This document shows, piece by piece, positions 60,540-64,000 of a stretch of DNA of 64,000 nt; positions within the stretch are counted from its first letter, which is position 1; the number at the start of each line of letters is the position of its first letter. The stretch is from Torpedo marmorata (lineage: Eukaryota): positions 51,026,001 through 51,090,000 of the forward strand of contig OZ360243.1 in NCBI GenBank assembly GCA_977017645.1, written 5' to 3'. The translations under genes were made by a program, and so were the position numbers. The notes below the pieces were generated by a model that was given only the letters and a program-made list of their open reading frames with translations, had not been told where the DNA came from and did not search any database.

Positions 60540-63140
60540 TGCATTTTATCACCCTGTACCTGTGGGATGTGTGTCCAACTGCAGCACCTGGTTGAGAGCA
60601 TCAACAGCTTCTGTGATGCTGAGAGCATCATAGATAGGAGCTTTAGTGAGGTGGTCAAGCCTCAGGAGCAGGCAGCAGGTTGTCAGGTTACATTCAGGAA
60701 AGGCTGAAGGGGTAAGCTGCAGGGTGGTTTGTTGCCTCCTGGGTGACAGGGTGAAGGATATCGCCCAGAGATTGGAGAACATTCTCAAGGGGAAGGATGT
60801 GTAGCAAGAAATCATTGTACACTTAAGTAACAACAAACTAGGTAGAAAAAGGGATAAGGTGCAGTTTGAATGTAGGGAGTGAGGCAGAGGATAAAAAGCA
60901 GGTTGTTGAGGTCTCCTCATCAGGCAGGCGCAACAGCAACTGCACTTCCTGAGAAGACTGAAGCGGGCAAGGCTACCAGCCACCATTATGTCAACCTCTA
61001 TTGAGAGCGCCCTGGCCGGCTGCATCACAGTGTGGTATGGTTGCAGCAGACAAATGGATCGGAGGTCAATCCACAGGACCATAAGAGTGGCAGAGAGGAT
61101 CACTGGAGTCTCCCTCCCCACTATCGACGTGATCTACCAGGATCGTTGTCTGAAGAGGGCACGCAAAATCATTGAGGACCCCTTCCACCCCGCACACAGT
61201 ATCTTTCAGCTGCTCCCGTCGGGAAAGAGATACAGGAGTATCAGAGCCAGCACCACCAGGCTGAGGAACAGCTTCTTCTCACAGGCAGTGAGAATGCTGA
61301 ACGACCAAATGAACTGCTTACACTAACCATCCAACACTCTCATATGTACAAAACAATTTTTATTTATTTGTATATATGAATACTTGTCTTGCATATGTAT
61401 TGTTTGTTTGTATGTGTGTTATGTCTGGATGTGTGTCTGCGTGTTTTGTACTGAGGACCGGAGAACGCTGTTTCATCGGGTTGTACTTGTGCAATCAGAT
61501 GACAATAAACTTGACGTAATCTCTGGATATTCCCAGTGGCATGTGTTGGTGGTGAGGGTAGGAAAAGGAAGATAGCACAGATGAATGAGGAGCTGGTGCA
61601 GAATAGAGGGATTCAGGTTCTCGGGCCATTGGGAACACTTCAGGGGCATAGAGCACCTTCACAAGAAGGACAACTTGCAACTCATCTGGAGGTGGGGGGC
61701 AATATCCTGGCAGGGAGATTTGCTTGTGGAGTTTGGGAGGCTTTAAGATAGTCTGACAGGTGGATGGAACCCAAAGTAGACAAGAAGGGGATGATCACAT
61801 TAATGGGATTATACTAGCGCCCCCCCTCCCCAATATTTAGTGAGAATTAGAGGAGCAAATATGTAGAGAGATCACAGATAGGTTTAGCAATAATAGGATT
61901 GAAATGATAGGTGATTTTAACTTCCCTCATGCTGACTTGGTGTTAAGGGCTTGGATGGGGTAGATTTTGTTGTGAGTCTACAAAGTTTTCTCAAGCAATA
62001 TGTAGATGGACCGACTACAGAGGGGCAATACTGGACCTCTTCGGGAAAGGAGGTTGGGCAAGTGACTGAAGTGTCAGGGGGGAGCGTGTTGGGGCTGGTA
62101 ATTATAATTCTATTAGTTTGAACATTGGTCTAGAAATGTTAGGACTGGTCTTGAAGTTAAATTCCTAAATTGGGCCATGGCTGATTTTAATGGCATTCAA
62201 CAGGAACTTACAAAGGGTGTTAGCTGTTCTGAAAGGTTAAATCGCATGGGATCCAGGGCGAGTTAGAAAATTGGCTACATAATTGGCTTGATGGTAGGAA
62301 TCAGAGGGTAGGAGTGAAGAGTTGTTTTTTGGAAGTGGTGTGCCTCAGGGAAAGGTGCAAGGTTCCGTGAATTTCAACATCTATATTCATGATTTGGATG
62401 AAAATGTAAATGGCACAGTTAATAAGTTTGTAAATGACGCCAAAATCGGTGATATATTGGACAGTGAAAAAGATTATCTAAAATTACAACAGGATCTTGA
62501 TCAACTAGAAAAATAGAGTTTAACTTAGATAGTGTATTTTGGTTAGAAAATAGCAGAGCCCAGAAAACTTACAAATACACAGATAAATAGGATACACTGG
62601 TAGACGGTGGTGAAGAAAATGATTGGCACATTTGCCTTCATGATGAAGGAATTGAATATAGAGTAGGAAGTGAAACACAAAAGTCTGCAGACGCTCTGAT
62701 TGTGGTAAAAACACACAGAAATGCTGGAGGAACTCAGCCGGTCACACAGCATCCATACTGTAGGAGGTAAAGTTATATTACCGACGTTTTGGGCCTGAGG
62801 CCGCCTTCAACGGCTTCTTCAGTCATAGAAGGAGGACATCTCTGATGATCTGGCATGGAAGACCTCATCCTGGGAGCAGATGCAACGGAGACAGAGGAAT
62901 TGAGAGAAAAAAATGGAATCCTTACAGGGAACAGGGTCTGAAGAGGCGTAGTTGAAGTAGCTGTGGGAGTTGGTGGGAGTAGGAATGTCATGTTACAGCT
63001 GTCCAAGACATTGGTGAGACCACACTTGGAGTATTGTGAGCAGTTCTGGTCACCCAGCTATAGGAAGGATGTCATTAAGCTGGAGCGGATAAGACAAGAT
63101 TCACAAGGATGTTACTGGCACTGGAGAGATTGAGTTAAAG
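60540..63140 (+). mobile_element. Decayed CR1 LINE including ORF1 (zinc finger/esterase) and ORF2 remnants, interrupted by younger insertions
   Basis: CTCGMCVQL, VCCL.G.RVKDI, GDFNFP, GVPQG.V.G...F.IYI.DLD, KF..DAKIG and VRPHLEYC.QFWSP. Confidence 0.75.
60915..61515 (+). mobile_element. Rex-Babar LINE 3' fragment
   Basis: IESALAGCITVWYG..HSIFQLLPSGKRYRSI..RLRNSFF; tail GATGACAATAAACTTGAC. Confidence 0.88.
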
Positions 63141-63149
63141 GAGAATTTT

Positions 63150-63775
63150 TTTACATCGAGAACCCACGGAGGTCCGTGCCCAAGATGATGGTGCCTACAA
63201 GGGGTACGGGTTCCAGAGGAGCAGTGGACTGGCGCAGGGAACCAGAGTGAGAGAACATCCCCCCACCCTTCCGAGAAAGAGAAGCCTGGGCGAAGACCCA
63301 ACGGAGGAGACCACATCAGAGGACCAGCGAAGGGCTCAACAGCCAAAGGACTCACACCAGACCATGGGCTTCTAGAGACCAGCTTGTGGGGACTTCGTAT
63401 TAGGACCGGGATTCATAAGGGTGCTGATGGAGAGCAGGGCTCCTGAAGGTCCTGGGACATTGACAGTTTCCTAATTATATCGGGGGTTCGGAACCAAGAG
63501 CCAAGGACTTGGATACCTAGAGCACAGGTTGACCACTGGAATGGACAAGAAGCCTTGCAGCTATGGAAGTTACAGGAGTGCAGGAGGCAGTGCTGTCGGA
63601 GGAGGTGGTGGGATCCATGGATACTCAATGTCTCTGAAGGTACACTCTTTTGCTTCTCTTTCTCTTCTTGGTAGAGGCACTGGATTAGTAGCGCCTCTGT
63701 GTGTTTCTTTACAGGGCAAACAAAAGTCATTTTCGGTATTTATGTACATGATAATGAAGGAACTTTGAGCCTTAA
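63150..63775 (+). mobile_element. Diverged second copy of the GC-rich non-coding retroelement
   Basis: GTGCCCAAGATGATGGTGCCTA..GGACTGGCGCAGGGAACCAGAG..GGACCAGCGAAGGGCTC aligns by eye with the reverse complement of 58150-58335. Confidence 0.6.
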
Positions 63776-64000
63776 ACTCCCAGTCTTATGCAGAGAGATC
63801 ACAAGACAGTCTGATATGGGAAATGATCATCTTAATGTGGGTACAGCAGGAGGAGTTCTGTGTGATAGCAATGAAGAAATATCAATGGGACGGTGCAGAG
63901 GGAACTTTTGTTCAGCATTTTCCCCATGCTCTACCAGGAGGATTTTGGTGGAACAATACAAGACAAGCTTTATAGATATTCCATTATGTTTATGTGCTGG

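Overview
This is vertebrate genomic DNA, not prokaryotic. The repeat landscape (CR1-type LINEs with partner tRNA-SINEs, DeuSINEs, Rex-Babar, Penelope, L1) suggests a cartilaginous fish; this is inference. Two host genes are supported. (1) An intact 7-exon arylsulfatase A (ARSA, + strand, 28540-38892, 501 aa), which lacks the intron that separates human exons 2 and 3. (2) A convergent acrosin-like S1 serine protease (- strand, at least 4 exons, 41580-47141, first exon not located), with an intact triad, a non-canonical activation site (E-ILGN), Gly193->Thr, a GPI/TM-like tail and a GC-AG intron. The rest is mostly transposon-derived. Notable items are a 5'-inverted (twin-primed) L1, an L1 nested in a Rex LINE, Penelope termini with hammerhead-ribozyme cores, a 5S-derived SINE with a Rex-like tail, a MER2-like segment inside a Harbinger MITE, a MITE carrying a dimeric tandem array, and an orphan 555-nt terminal exon between two inverted hAT elements. 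No database searches were run. Repeat family names come from recalled motifs, and many repeat boundaries are approximate.
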